Shown one piece after another: positions 26,260 to 36,577 of a stretch of 64,000 nucleotides of DNA. Below the pieces are notes generated by a model. It was given only the letters and a program-made list of their open reading frames with translations. It ran no database searches and was not told where the DNA came from. The translations under genes and the position numbers were made by a program. The first letter of the stretch is position 1. Each line of letters opens with the position of its first letter. Origin of the DNA: a virus (taxonomy: Duplodnaviria; Caudoviricetes); the IMG/VR virus record IMGVR_UViG_3300043450_000376. One strand, written 5' to 3'.

Positions 26260-27611
26260 TGATTAAAGCAGAATTAAAATCAGTATCTCAATTTCTAGAT
26301 CAGGACTATGCAGCCTATGGTATGTACACTCTTGAAAACAGAGCAATTCCCTCAGTTATAGATGGATTTAAGCCAACTCAGCGTAAAATTATTTTTATTG
26401 CAGATAAAGTTTGGAAAGGTTCTAATGATAAACCACTAAAGATATTTCAGCTAGGCGGCCGAATTGCAGCAGATGCACACTATCATCATGGAGATGGATC
26501 TCTTAATGGAGCTATTATTGGAATGGCTCAATCATTTAAAAACTCCCTTCCGTTATTGGATGAGGTTGGCCAATTTGGATCAATGCGATCTCCCGAAGCA
26601 GGTGCTGCTCGTTATATTTCAACCAAACTTACTCCAAATTTTAGATTACTCTATAAAGATTTTGAACTATTAACTTCGCAAATCGAAGAAGGTAATGAAA
26701 TCGAACCTAAATATTTCTTACCAATTATTCCAACTGTCCTCCTAAATGGAAGTTCAGGTATTGCAGTAGGTTTTGCTACAAATATTTTGAACAGAAATCC
26801 TGCTCAATTAATAGAAGCTTGCACTAAAGTATTAGATGGTAAAAAGATTGGAGAATTACTTCCATGGTTTAAGGATTTCAATGGGCCAATCTCTAGAATT
26901 GGAGATAACCAATATCAATTTAAAGGAGTTGCTCGAGTAGTTAATACAACAACGGTTGAAATTACCGAGTTACCTCCATCAATGACATTCCAAAAATATG
27001 AGAACCATTTAAATAATTTACAAGAGCGTGGAGTTATTTTCTCATATGAAGATAACTGTTCAAACGGAATTTCATATACCCTTAAATTTCAACGAGCTAG
27101 CCTTGCTGACTTGATTGCAAAAGATAAATTAGAGACAACTCTTAAATTAGTAGAAACTGATAGTGAGAATTTAACATGTCTAGATGAAAGAGGTAAACTT
27201 AAAATATTTTCAAGTCTACCAGAATTAGTTGATTACTTTGTTAAATTTCGTTTAGCGTATTATGATAAACGCAAGGCTTACTTAATTGATACATTAGAAA
27301 AAGATTTAGTGTATCTTTCAAATAGAGCCAGATTTATTAAGATGATTATTGATGGTAAACTTAAATTAGGTAATCGCCCAAAACAAGAAATCGTTTTAGA
27401 ATTAGATGAGCTTAAGTTTGACCGTATCAATTCAGGCTTTGACTATTTGCTAAGCATGCAAATTCAAACTTTAACTAAGGAGAAATACGAGCAGTTAGTC
27501 AATGAAGTTAAAGAAAAATCTGCAGAATTGGTAACTGTAAAAAAGACTGCACCAATTGATATGTATAGAACCGATCTTGCAGAATTAAAGAAAAATCTTA
27601 AGACTAAATAA
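26256..27611 (+). CDS. type IIA DNA topoisomerase, breakage-reunion subunit (T4 gp52-like)
   Basis: RAIPSVIDGFKPTQRK, YHHGD, AARY catalytic Tyr, GIAVGF. Confidence 0.95.
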   Translation: MMIKAELKSVSQFLDQDYAAYGMYTLENRAIPSVIDGFKPTQRKIIFIADKVWKGSNDKPLKIFQLGGRIAADAHYHHGDGSLNGAIIGMAQSFKNSLPLLDEVGQFGSMRSPEAGAARYISTKLTPNFRLLYKDFELLTSQIEEGNEIEPKYFLPIIPTVLLNGSSGIAVGFATNILNRNPAQLIEACTKVLDGKKIGELLPWFKDFNGPISRIGDNQYQFKGVARVVNTTTVEITELPPSMTFQKYENHLNNLQERGVIFSYEDNCSNGISYTLKFQRASLADLIAKDKLETTLKLVETDSENLTCLDERGKLKIFSSLPELVDYFVKFRLAYYDKRKAYLIDTLEKDLVYLSNRARFIKMIIDGKLKLGNRPKQEIVLELDELKFDRINSGFDYLLSMQIQTLTKEKYEQLVNEVKEKSAELVTVKKTAPIDMYRTDLAELKKNLKTK

Positions 27612-28018
27612 TGAAGTTTTTAAATCAACACCCTATCAAGAAATCTGATCTTGGATTTCATGGTAATTTATTTGGAGGTAAACTCCTAGCCTGGATTGAT
27701 GCAGCGGCAGCCGGTTATGCAATGGAATATGCACATAATCGTAGAATGGTTACAGTTAAAATTGATGAATGTATATTTAAAAAGCCAGCCAAAGAGGGCA
27801 GTCTACTTAAAATTTATGGTTCTATAACAAAGGTTGGTAATACCAGTATTACTCTGTACATAGAGGCAAGATCCTTTAATGTCTATACGCACGACGAAGA
27901 TATTGTCCTGTCCACTCATATTACATTTGTTAGAATAGATGAAGACGGTAGTCCTATTCCAATTTCAGATAAGGTTCGAAACGGCTTTCATTATGAAGTA
28001 GCATCGAAAGATAAATAA
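27611..28018 (+). CDS. acyl-CoA thioesterase (hotdog fold)
   Basis: GNLFGGKLLAWID, VTVKID, VGNTSI, FVRIDEDG. Confidence 0.85.
   Translation: MKFLNQHPIKKSDLGFHGNLFGGKLLAWIDAAAAGYAMEYAHNRRMVTVKIDECIFKKPAKEGSLLKIYGSITKVGNTSITLYIEARSFNVYTHDEDIVLSTHITFVRIDEDGSPIPISDKVRNGFHYEVASKDK
28009..28017 (+). promoter_or_regulatory. class III promoter AGATAAATA
   Basis: Upstream of gene 28041. Confidence 0.65.
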
Positions 28019-28040
28019 TACTGAAAAAAGAACTATTAAT

Positions 28041-28913
28041 ATGTCATTAGTAACTAGCTTCGATAAATTTAATGTAAACGAAGAAGAAATTGAAACTCCT
28101 ACTCCAGCCCCGGCTGAAGATCCAATGGCTGAACCTGCTGCTTCTGAAGAAGTTAAAGTAGAAGAGCCTGCTGCTGAAGAAGCTCCAACCGAAGAAGTTA
28201 AAGCGGACGAACCTCAAGCTGAAGAACACGAATACTATTTTACATGGTATGGCTGGGTTCCTAGTTATGGAGATTTTGACCAAGACTGGATGTCAGTTAA
28301 AGCAAAATCGGATAGCGAAGCAATTGAAAAATTATCTGAATACAAACCACTTCAATATTCAAAAGGTGGAGTTGGTCTTGATACACTAGACGGAGAAAAA
28401 CCTAAAGGTGCATCTGTTGCTGGATGGGACGAACAAGAAGATGGTTCTAAAATTGCAAAATCTTATGAAGTAGATTTTAAAAACAAGAAATTTGTTCTTA
28501 ATGTTACTACATATCCAAAGGATCACTTTGCTAATCCTAAAGAAAACCCTAAAAAGAATGAAAAACAGGACGTTGAACCATTCTTTAGTGGAGAAACTAA
28601 AACTAATGAAGGAATGGATTCTATGATGGAAGTTTCTCTTGAAGAGAAGTACGATACATTTGTAGAGTCAATTCGCAAAAGCGGTAAAGGCGCAAAGCTT
28701 ACCTTAACACCTAACGATATTATTGTTGAATTTGGATTTGACTATCCAGATGAATTAGCTCAGCTTGCATTTGAAACTGCAGATGAATTAGGAATTTCTA
28801 GTAGAGAACTTTCAGTTTGTGCAGAATCTAGCGGACACAAAGCTATTAAGATCAATAGAGTTAACGGTGGCCCTAAGAACTGGAACATGCTAAATAGATA
28901 CGGGCGTCGTTAA
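28041..28913 (+). CDS. acidic hypothetical protein with capsid-targeting-like N-terminus
   Basis: MSLVTSFDKFNVNE; E/P/A-rich segment. Confidence 0.7.
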   Translation: MSLVTSFDKFNVNEEEIETPTPAPAEDPMAEPAASEEVKVEEPAAEEAPTEEVKADEPQAEEHEYYFTWYGWVPSYGDFDQDWMSVKAKSDSEAIEKLSEYKPLQYSKGGVGLDTLDGEKPKGASVAGWDEQEDGSKIAKSYEVDFKNKKFVLNVTTYPKDHFANPKENPKKNEKQDVEPFFSGETKTNEGMDSMMEVSLEEKYDTFVESIRKSGKGAKLTLTPNDIIVEFGFDYPDELAQLAFETADELGISSRELSVCAESSGHKAIKINRVNGGPKNWNMLNRYGRR

Positions 28914-28916
28914 TCA

Positions 28917-29174
28917 GTGCCAAAGGTATTATCATATAACGAGTGGGCTGATCTTAAGCAAGCCAATCATGTAAACCACGATGGCTATCTAGACTCATCT
29001 CCAAATAATACAAACCCCTATAATATTATTCCTTCTGCTGACATCACAATGGATGGCGTTAGCAGAAGGCTTAAACTTACCCCCGAAAAAGGCGAATCTA
29101 TTATCGCTGAACCAAACTCAGGTTCATATAATTTCGGAGACTCTAGTTGGGTACTAGAAATTCCTCAAGATTAA
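28917..29174 (+). CDS. hypothetical protein with capsid-targeting-like N-terminus
   Basis: MPKVLSYNEW; GTG start. Confidence 0.55.
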   Translation: MPKVLSYNEWADLKQANHVNHDGYLDSSPNNTNPYNIIPSADITMDGVSRRLKLTPEKGESIIAEPNSGSYNFGDSSWVLEIPQD

Positions 29175-29228
29175 GTTAATCTAATTCAAGTTTTTTAGTA
29201 TAATAGTTTAGATACTAATTATAACTAT

Positions 29229-29951
29229 ATGAAACTTGGACACTGGTTTTGCGAAATGGTTGGAATTAAAATTAGATCGTTTTATTTAGGCGACCTATAT
29301 TTTACCATTACCAAAGATTCCCCTTACTATTCATCAGGCAATGATGTTTTAAACACCCTACATTTTAAATTTCTAGGTCTTTATTTTGCCAGTCGGCTAA
29401 AGAAGCGAAAAACTAAAGCTGGTTTTAGGAAAAATCAAAAATTAATTAAGATTTTTGAATCTACATGCGGAGTTATTGTTGGTAACTATCAAGTTAAAGA
29501 TAACTCTAGCAATACATATGATGATTGGGCTTTACCGGATGCAGTTGTTACCATACAGGATAAAAAATTAGTTGGCACACTAAGCGATTGTTACTGGCTT
29601 CTAGAGAAATCTGTAGTAGTTTGCGAAGAGTTCCCAAGTGCAGGCTATTCAATGACTGATAACATGTGGGTAGGCTGGTCTCATAGAGCAACTGCAGGTT
29701 TCAAAAAAGGTGATCGTCTTTTTGATGAAACATATAAACCAATCGAATCTGATTATACACAAGCTGAGTGGAAAGACTGGACAGTTAAATTTCAAAAGGC
29801 AATCAATAAAGCTGACGATCTTGAAAAGAAGTGGATTATTGAAGATGGTATGTCTTATGTAATACCGTTTAAACAAAGAGGGCCAAAGATTATTGAAACA
29901 AATCAGGAAGCTAAACAGGCAGCAATTAATTTTTCTAAATACGTATCATAA
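29229..29951 (+). CDS. hypothetical protein
   Basis: ORF track; W.GWSHRA..GF..GD motif. Confidence 0.7.
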   Translation: MKLGHWFCEMVGIKIRSFYLGDLYFTITKDSPYYSSGNDVLNTLHFKFLGLYFASRLKKRKTKAGFRKNQKLIKIFESTCGVIVGNYQVKDNSSNTYDDWALPDAVVTIQDKKLVGTLSDCYWLLEKSVVVCEEFPSAGYSMTDNMWVGWSHRATAGFKKGDRLFDETYKPIESDYTQAEWKDWTVKFQKAINKADDLEKKWIIEDGMSYVIPFKQRGPKIIETNQEAKQAAINFSKYVS

Positions 29952-29952
29952 T

Positions 29953-30258
29953 ATGAAATTAACAACCGAATTCCAATCAATTAGAGATTGGGCAGAAGAA
30001 AAAGGAATCTACTCTAAAGGGGATCCTAAAACACAATACATTAAACTATGTGAAGAGATGGGAGAGCTGGCTCAATCTATCTTAAAGCAGGACGAAGCAG
30101 AATTTAAGGATGCAGTTGGAGATTGTGTTGTAGTCTTAACAAACTTAGCCAAATTAAAGGGTTATACAATCGAAGAGTGCATTAACGGATCTTATGATGT
30201 TATTGCAAAGCGTACAGGTAAAATGGTTAATGGAACATTTGTTAAAGAACAAAACTAA
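29953..30258 (+). CDS. mazG: MazG-like nucleoside triphosphate pyrophosphohydrolase
   Basis: KLCEEMGELA...DAVGD...Y.VIAKRTGKMVNGTFVKE. Confidence 0.85.
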   Translation: MKLTTEFQSIRDWAEEKGIYSKGDPKTQYIKLCEEMGELAQSILKQDEAEFKDAVGDCVVVLTNLAKLKGYTIEECINGSYDVIAKRTGKMVNGTFVKEQN

Positions 30259-30260
30259 TA

Positions 30261-31229
30261 ATGAAACAATATAAACTTTTCTCAATTGACGGTCGTCCAC
30301 TCGCAAACGAAATTTGCGAACATCTTTCAACCCTAACTGACTCTGATATTAGAGTCGGTAAATTTAAAATTGATCAATTCTCAGATGGAGAATTTAGTCC
30401 ACAGTTTTTAGAATCAATTAGAGACAAGTCTGTATTTTTAACAACTACTTTAACTAGTTCAGATGCTATTATTAAATTAGTACTTTCAATTGATGCAGCA
30501 AAGCGAGCATCTGCATCTGAAATTATTATAGTACTGCCATACCTTGCATATTCGCGACAAGATCGAAGAGAAGGCCATCGTGGTTCAATCGGCGGAAAGG
30601 CGATTGCCGATCTTATTAAAAACGCAGGTGCTGATAAAGCAATTCTATTTGATCTACACTCAGAACAGATTCAGGGTTTCTTTGATATGCCAGTTGAACA
30701 CATTCCTGGCTGGGTTGCATTTACTGATTATGTAAAAGACTTGGATCCAACTTGTGATTGGACAGTATGCTCGCCAGATGCCGGCGGTGTTAAACGAGCA
30801 AACCGTTTTTATCAGCACTTTGTTAAAACACATGAGACGGCAACCTTTTCAATGTTATCTAAACTAAGAGACAAGCCAAATTCAATTGAACGAATGGATC
30901 TGATTGGAGATGTTAATGGTCGATGCGTAATCTTAATTGATGATATGGTTGATACTGGCGGAACTCTTCTACTTGCAGCTAAACTGCTAAAAGAAGCAGG
31001 CGCGCTAAAGGTTCATGCAATCTGTACGCATGGAGTTTTATCTGGCCCTGCATATGACCGACTAAGCGGAGAAAATGGTCAATATCTAGATTCGTTAGTT
31101 ATTAGTACTTCAATTCCATCTAATTTTCACGATAAAATAAAAACCGTAAGCTGTGCTCAGCCCATTGCTAAAACTATTTTTGCAATGACTAGATCTGTAT
31201 CTGTAGCACAAACTCTATTACCACTATGA
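30261..31229 (+). CDS. prs: ribose-phosphate pyrophosphokinase (PRPP synthetase)
   Basis: FSDGE, PYLAYSRQDR, DLHSEQIQGFF, SPDAGGVKRA, IDDMVDTGGT, THGVLS. Confidence 0.95.
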   Translation: MKQYKLFSIDGRPLANEICEHLSTLTDSDIRVGKFKIDQFSDGEFSPQFLESIRDKSVFLTTTLTSSDAIIKLVLSIDAAKRASASEIIIVLPYLAYSRQDRREGHRGSIGGKAIADLIKNAGADKAILFDLHSEQIQGFFDMPVEHIPGWVAFTDYVKDLDPTCDWTVCSPDAGGVKRANRFYQHFVKTHETATFSMLSKLRDKPNSIERMDLIGDVNGRCVILIDDMVDTGGTLLLAAKLLKEAGALKVHAICTHGVLSGPAYDRLSGENGQYLDSLVISTSIPSNFHDKIKTVSCAQPIAKTIFAMTRSVSVAQTLLPL

Positions 31230-31960
31230 AGAAATTAATTTTTATCCTATGCTTTTTGCCAAGCTTGGCAGGAGCACAAACCCAAATCTATTCCCTAACT
31301 GGAATGTTAAATATTGGTAACCGTGCAGGTTATCTGGTCGGAACAAAGGCAGAATACAAATCAAAGGACACTGGCAAAATTGGTTTAGTTAGCAATGCAT
31401 CAGGTCAAATTCAATATGCATCAGTCAATGACGCGATGCTATTACAGAGAAGAGATATTAACCTTTCTGTGTATGGCTGGAAGACTCTGGATAAGGTACA
31501 GTCACTTATATTTTTTAGTGAAGGTGAACATTCATATACCAGAAAGGTTGAATTCAGGGTGACCGGAGGAGCTGGTTATAAAAAGGTTCTAGTTGATATT
31601 CCAGGTAAAAAGATTGAAGTTTCACAAGCAGTTACGACCGAGCAACTTCAATTAATAGATGGCAATCGTAGCTGGACCATTCGCAGTTCAACTAGAGGTA
31701 AACTTGTGTTGGGTACAGACACTAAATTAACAATCATTGCCACCATACAGCCGCCCCTTGCCTCTAATACTGGAGCAGACGTTAAGAACAATATGGTAGG
31801 TCGAGTTATTGCTCAATTGGAGCACCCATTATCAAAAAGTCTGTCATTTTCAGTTAGTAGCGATATAAACTATCAAACATATCAGTCTTGGGTTAAACCA
31901 GACGTTAAACCTTACGACGGAGTTATTCAGCTTGGCCTAATGTGGAGGCCGAATAAATAA
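31226..31960 (+). CDS. exported protein, probable DUF481-like outer-membrane beta-barrel
   Basis: Signal peptide; beta-strand pattern; EFRVTGGAGY. Confidence 0.55.
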   Translation: MKKLIFILCFLPSLAGAQTQIYSLTGMLNIGNRAGYLVGTKAEYKSKDTGKIGLVSNASGQIQYASVNDAMLLQRRDINLSVYGWKTLDKVQSLIFFSEGEHSYTRKVEFRVTGGAGYKKVLVDIPGKKIEVSQAVTTEQLQLIDGNRSWTIRSSTRGKLVLGTDTKLTIIATIQPPLASNTGADVKNNMVGRVIAQLEHPLSKSLSFSVSSDINYQTYQSWVKPDVKPYDGVIQLGLMWRPNK

Positions 31961-31966
31961 TCCTAT

Positions 31967-32581
31967 ATGACAACTGCCAGTCGACTAGAACATCCACGTA
32001 TTAAAGCATTTATTAATCACGTAAAGTCTGAATGTAAACGTACTGGAATTAGGGTCGAACTAAGAAACGTAAGATACTTAATGCTGGGTCACGGCATGAA
32101 GTGTTCGGGATATTTCGATGAAGCAAACCGCAAGTTAGTAGTTGCAATGCTAAATCCAGTTGCAGTTGAGGTCTTGGTCCATGAATTTGGTCACTTTACC
32201 CAATGGGACGAAAACATTCCAATTTGGAAAGAAGCCGGCTTTGCAATGGGTCATATTGAAGAGTGGCTAAACGGAAAAACTAAGCGCAGTATCGAAAAGT
32301 GGATGGCTCTATCCAGAGATCTTGAACTTGATAATGAAAAGCGTAGCGTTCAGCTAATCAAAGACTTTAACCTTCCAATTAATATAGAAAAATATACTAG
32401 ATGTGCTAATGCATATGTTCTTTTCTATAATTGGATGCTTACTTCAAGAAAATGGTGTAAGCCTGGCAATACCCCATACTCAAATAAAGCTGTAGTCGCA
32501 GCATGTTCCCCTAAATTCAATATGAGATACGATCAGCTCTCTGCAAAGATGAGATTGGCATTTGAAGAGTCAGGAATCTAA
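31967..32581 (+). CDS. hypothetical protein with HExxH zinc-metalloprotease motif
   Basis: VLVHEFGHF. Confidence 0.65.
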   Translation: MTTASRLEHPRIKAFINHVKSECKRTGIRVELRNVRYLMLGHGMKCSGYFDEANRKLVVAMLNPVAVEVLVHEFGHFTQWDENIPIWKEAGFAMGHIEEWLNGKTKRSIEKWMALSRDLELDNEKRSVQLIKDFNLPINIEKYTRCANAYVLFYNWMLTSRKWCKPGNTPYSNKAVVAACSPKFNMRYDQLSAKMRLAFEESGI

Positions 32582-32640
32582 AACCAAGTAACCCAATTAG
32601 GTATAATACCTTTATAATAAAAACACACAATACAATACAA

Positions 32641-32835
32641 ATGAAAAACGGAACAGTAAAATTCTTCAACGCTGAAAAAGGCTTTGGATTTATTAAAGAA
32701 GACAATGGACAAGAAATTTTTGTACATTCAACAGGTTTACAAGAAGACATTCGTGAGAATGACACAGTAACTTTTGACGTACAAGATGGTAAAAAGGGTT
32801 TAAACGCAGTAAACGTTAAACTAGTCCAAAACTAA
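32641..32835 (+). CDS. cspA: cold-shock protein
   Basis: GTVKFFNAEKGFGFI, IFVH. Confidence 0.95.
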   Translation: MKNGTVKFFNAEKGFGFIKEDNGQEIFVHSTGLQEDIRENDTVTFDVQDGKKGLNAVNVKLVQN

Positions 32836-32864
32836 AAACAAAACACAATAAAAAAACAACACAT

Positions 32865-33035
32865 ATGAAAAACTACGTAATCGTAATGCTTCTAGTTGCC
32901 GCAGTAGGAATTACTGCATGTGGAAATGGTTCGGCTAGTGCTGACGCCACTGCTGCTGACTCTACTCAAGTAGACTCAATGGTAGTCGCAACAGACTCAA
33001 CTGCAACTGTAGACACAGCCTCTACTACTAAGTAA
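32865..33035 (+). CDS. small lipoprotein (56 aa) with four D-(S/T)-(A/I/L/M/T/V) sequons
   Basis: Manual translation; lipobox ITAC at Cys19; DST, DSM, DST, DTA. Confidence 0.75.
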   Translation: MKNYVIVMLLVAAVGITACGNGSASADATAADSTQVDSMVVATDSTATVDTASTTK

Positions 33036-33060
33036 TCAAGAGTTAATATACTCGGAGTTA

Positions 33061-33090
33061 AAAGGGAAACTATTTGTTTCCCTTTTTTTT
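33061..33090 (+). terminator. intrinsic terminator
   Basis: AAAGGGAAAC/GTTTCCCTTT plus T-run. Confidence 0.85.
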
Positions 33091-33120
33091 GTTTCTGGCG
33101 TCAAGTAACACAAATAAACT

Positions 33121-33129
33121 AGATAAATA
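33121..33129 (+). promoter_or_regulatory. class III promoter AGATAAATA heading the 33-42 kb operon
   Basis: Directly after a terminator, upstream of gene 33153. Confidence 0.65.
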
Positions 33130-33152
33130 ATAAGAAAAGGTCTAGATTTAAA

Positions 33153-35084
33153 ATGAAACAGTGGCTAAAAACCCTCCTATTCGCCGTGCTGTGTCTCTCG
33201 GCAAGCTCAATTTACGCTCAAACCGGTCCTCCAGCTCCATCTTCGGGTGCTTGGGTCTTGATTGACACCAACTACACAGTTGGATCATCTCTGCTTGGTC
33301 AAACCAAAGCACGAATTACTTACAAAAATAATACCTCAACCCTAGTAACAGGTCTTCAATTTAGAGTATTCTATGATAAGACTGCATTTACTGGTGCTAC
33401 CGTCGCTGCAGTAACTTCAGCGTCAAACGAAGTTCTGTCGTATGTAACAGATTCAGTTAATGGATTTATTACAATTACGCTTGTTTATACAGGTTCAAGC
33501 AGCACATGGACACTAGCCGAAGGTGAAACTTTTGAAATTACATTTACCCATGCTGCAAACACTACATTCCAAGCACTAACTGCAATTTCAAACTTAACTT
33601 GGTCTGCAACTAGTGGAAACTCTTTCCCTCAGTTATTGGCAAAGCAGAATGGTACAGACGGAACGCTAAGCCAACACAACTATGGTGGTATCTTTGTAAG
33701 ACCATCTCTTAATTACCATGGTACATTTACCAACGTAACTGGTTCAGGTTCAAAGAATATTATTGTTCAACTACAGCAACGTCCAAAGACTGGTGGTACT
33801 TGGTCAACTATTAAAATGGATACGACGGCTGTATCTGGAGCATTTGCATTCAATGATGTAGTTGTCGATACTACTTACTTTAATGCACGATTATATGTTA
33901 AAGGTGATACCTTAACAGTAGGTAATACAATCTCTACAGCAGATGCTGCTAAAGTAAACCAATACGTATTAGGTCAAGCAACTCCAACCGGATTTGATTA
34001 CTATGCAGCTGACGTAAACTCAGATAATACAATTTCAATTACAGATGCTTATGGTATCTATGGTAGATTAGCTGGAAGATTTACAGCATGGCCAAACAGT
34101 ACAATGGATGTTAAATTCTTTACTGCGGCTCAATACGCAACCATCAATGGTTCATCTACAAACTATACTTCATCAATTGCAGGTGTAACTGATATTACAT
34201 TTAATATTGTCGCAGGTCAACCTGATTCTGTAACATTCTATGTATTAGGTAAAGGCGATGCAAATGGAACAGGATTCCATATGGCACGTGTAACCCCTAT
34301 TCAAATTATTAATCCTAATAATGCGCCAAACCATATTATCGATGTAACAACTGAATATGATAATGCTAATCAATTAGGAACAATTGAAGTAAACATGCCA
34401 ACTCTATCAGTTGAGGCTGGAAATTTAGTTAATGTTCCTGTTAAAATTTTAGCAACCAATACTCAAATCAGTGCTCTGCAATTAGCAATGAAATACGATC
34501 CAATTCTATTAGAATTTAAATCTCTTTCTGCTGAAGCTGGAGTAGCTCACTGGTTATCATTTGTAAATCCATCAGATGGAACAATCGAATGGGGAGCTTC
34601 TGACTTTACTACAACTAATCCACTAAGTGACGGGCAAACTGCAATTAATATTCAATTTAAAGCGTTAGTTCCTCAAAATCAATGGAATAAAAGCCCACTC
34701 TATGTAACTCGTAAATTTGCAGGTGTTGCTGGTACGCTTAGAGATTTAAATATTACACCAACTGATGGAATTATTCAGGTATTAATCGTTAATCCTGGAT
34801 TTGGCAATCAATTAATTGAAAACAAATTGATGCAAGTTAGATTAGCACCAAACCCAACTAGAGATCAGGTTGCAGTAACCTTTAATATTATAGAAGATGC
34901 AATGGTTAATCTTACATTTAGAGATCACCTAGGTCAACCTATTAAAACTTTAGTTAATCAGTTTATGCCAGCTGGAACCTATACCTACACTACAAATTTA
35001 GGTCATGTTCCCGATGGAATTTACTATGCAATTCTTTGGTCTGGCCAAAAAGCTGCATCAGCAAAGGAAATAGTTTTAAAGTAA
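33153..35084 (+). CDS. secreted cohesin/dockerin-like protein with a T9SS C-terminal sorting domain
   Basis: Signal peptide; two cohesin-like domains (GLQFRVFYD; ALQLAMKYDP); dockerin-like DVNSDNTISITD; CTD APNPTRDQVAVTF...GIYY. Confidence 0.8.
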   Translation: MKQWLKTLLFAVLCLSASSIYAQTGPPAPSSGAWVLIDTNYTVGSSLLGQTKARITYKNNTSTLVTGLQFRVFYDKTAFTGATVAAVTSASNEVLSYVTDSVNGFITITLVYTGSSSTWTLAEGETFEITFTHAANTTFQALTAISNLTWSATSGNSFPQLLAKQNGTDGTLSQHNYGGIFVRPSLNYHGTFTNVTGSGSKNIIVQLQQRPKTGGTWSTIKMDTTAVSGAFAFNDVVVDTTYFNARLYVKGDTLTVGNTISTADAAKVNQYVLGQATPTGFDYYAADVNSDNTISITDAYGIYGRLAGRFTAWPNSTMDVKFFTAAQYATINGSSTNYTSSIAGVTDITFNIVAGQPDSVTFYVLGKGDANGTGFHMARVTPIQIINPNNAPNHIIDVTTEYDNANQLGTIEVNMPTLSVEAGNLVNVPVKILATNTQISALQLAMKYDPILLEFKSLSAEAGVAHWLSFVNPSDGTIEWGASDFTTTNPLSDGQTAINIQFKALVPQNQWNKSPLYVTRKFAGVAGTLRDLNITPTDGIIQVLIVNPGFGNQLIENKLMQVRLAPNPTRDQVAVTFNIIEDAMVNLTFRDHLGQPIKTLVNQFMPAGTYTYTTNLGHVPDGIYYAILWSGQKAASAKEIVLK

Positions 35085-35110
35085 TTAAATAATAAAAAAA
35101 CAATTAAACA

Positions 35111-35434
35111 ATGTCTGAAGAAACAGAAAACGACGGCACTTGGTCAGGTCTTAAGAAGACCCTAATCGGAACAGTTTCAACTGTTGTGCTAGCAGGTGGA
35201 ACATACTTAACTACTACTCTTTTTGGTGGTGATGACAAAGAAGAAACTAAAACTGAACAGGCTGCACCGGCTCCTGTTATAGTTAATGTTCAACAAAATC
35301 AAGAGAATACTCAAAAACAGCAAAACAATGGTGGTACCACAACTATCATCAAAGAAAGAGTTATAGAGAAAGCTCCTGCAGCAGAGCCAGCCGCTCCTAA
35401 AAAAGAGGCTAAGAAAGAAGAAGATTCTTGGTAA
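35111..35434 (+). CDS. single-TM hypothetical protein
   Basis: ORF track; one hydrophobic helix. Confidence 0.7.
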   Translation: MSEETENDGTWSGLKKTLIGTVSTVVLAGGTYLTTTLFGGDDKEETKTEQAAPAPVIVNVQQNQENTQKQQNNGGTTTIIKERVIEKAPAAEPAAPKKEAKKEEDSW

Positions 35435-35457
35435 TTAAAAAAATAAAAACTATTAAC

Positions 35458-35748
35458 ATGGCTAAATTAGAAAAAACAAAACCAAATTTCTTTAAACGTA
35501 TGTTTATGGATGATAACGATATCAATGAAAAATCAATCGTAGGGTTCGGCGCGTTTGTAGTAATGTGTATTGCATTTGGGGTTGACATTTATACAGGAGT
35601 TAAAGGTATGCCTTTTGAAATTAATGAATTTATTTTTGATGGTTTTATGGTTATTACCTTAGGTGCATTTGGTATAGCATCAGTTGACAAATATCTAACT
35701 GGAAAGAATAAACCAGGTTCTTCTGACGAAGAAACTCCAGCAGAATAA
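35458..35748 (+). CDS. two-TM membrane protein (holin-like topology)
   Basis: Two hydrophobic helices; internal ATG chosen. Confidence 0.6.
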   Translation: MAKLEKTKPNFFKRMFMDDNDINEKSIVGFGAFVVMCIAFGVDIYTGVKGMPFEINEFIFDGFMVITLGAFGIASVDKYLTGKNKPGSSDEETPAE

Positions 35749-35762
35749 AAAAATTAAAACTT

Positions 35763-35867
35763 ATGAAGAAGGTATATTCTTTCTTTGAAGAATATTGGAA
35801 AATCCTTTTACTGGCAGCCATTTGGTTTGGTGGAATTGGATTTATCGCCTATAAACTTGGAATATGA
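35763..35867 (+). CDS. small membrane peptide (34 aa)
   Basis: Manual translation MKKVYSFFEEYWKILLLAAIWFGGIGFIAYKLGI; ATGA overlap with the next gene. Confidence 0.55.
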   Translation: MKKVYSFFEEYWKILLLAAIWFGGIGFIAYKLGI

Positions 35868-36577
35868 AAAAGTTAATCGTAATTTGCACAATGCTGCTAT
35901 TGGCGGTGGGTGTTCAAGCTCAAACAATTGGTTCAACTAAAACTGAAACCTATCAAGCTGATTTTGAAAAGAAGCAGTCAATAAACCTTGTTGCAAATTA
36001 CGATGATACTATTGTAATTCCTATCCAAGTATTAAAGATTGGTATTAACGAAGAGTTATACGAGATGTACCCTGAATTAAAGGATAATAGAGTAGGGCTT
36101 GGTGTTGCCAATATTGTTCTTGAATTTTTAGAATCAACTGACCGATTTAAATTCACAGAGGACAGGGAAGAGATTAAGCAAAAAATGATTGCTCAACAAA
36201 AAGCATCAGACAAAGGAGTCTCATCAAATACTATTCAAGTAAAAGGCAATGTTATTCTTGCTAAATACTTTGTTTATATCGAAGTTTATGATTTTGCAAT
36301 ATCAGAAGATGAAGAAATTCAAGTTTCTAGTGCAGAAGTTAAACAAAAAACTACAATTGGCCTTCAAGTAAGATTCGTAGACGCTGAAACAGGCGAAATT
36401 ATTACTGGCTCAGGTCTTGGTGAAGCCATTACTGTTAAGAAAGCAAGTCTATTGGATGGCGTTGATGAGGTTAAGTTTAACCAATCAACAATCGGTATAT
36501 CGACTAAGAAATCCCTTGAGACTGCTGCTTCACGTGTAGTGAGTAAGCTGATCAAAAAGGGAGTCTTTAGACGATGA
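35864..36577 (+). CDS. CsgG/HfaB-like (curli assembly/transport) fold protein
   Basis: Signal peptide; GLGVANIVLEFL...RF.F; GLQVRFVDAETGEII.GSG.G; STIGIS.KKSLE.A. Confidence 0.65.
   Translation: MKKLIVICTMLLLAVGVQAQTIGSTKTETYQADFEKKQSINLVANYDDTIVIPIQVLKIGINEELYEMYPELKDNRVGLGVANIVLEFLESTDRFKFTEDREEIKQKMIAQQKASDKGVSSNTIQVKGNVILAKYFVYIEVYDFAISEDEEIQVSSAEVKQKTTIGLQVRFVDAETGEIITGSGLGEAITVKKASLLDGVDEVKFNQSTIGISTKKSLETAASRVVSKLIKKGVFRR

Noticed and set aside
24424-27611. Intron, intein or ribosomal bypass in the topoisomerase genes (as in T4 gene 60)
   Set aside because: Both subunits are continuous and of ordinary length with all motifs in order.
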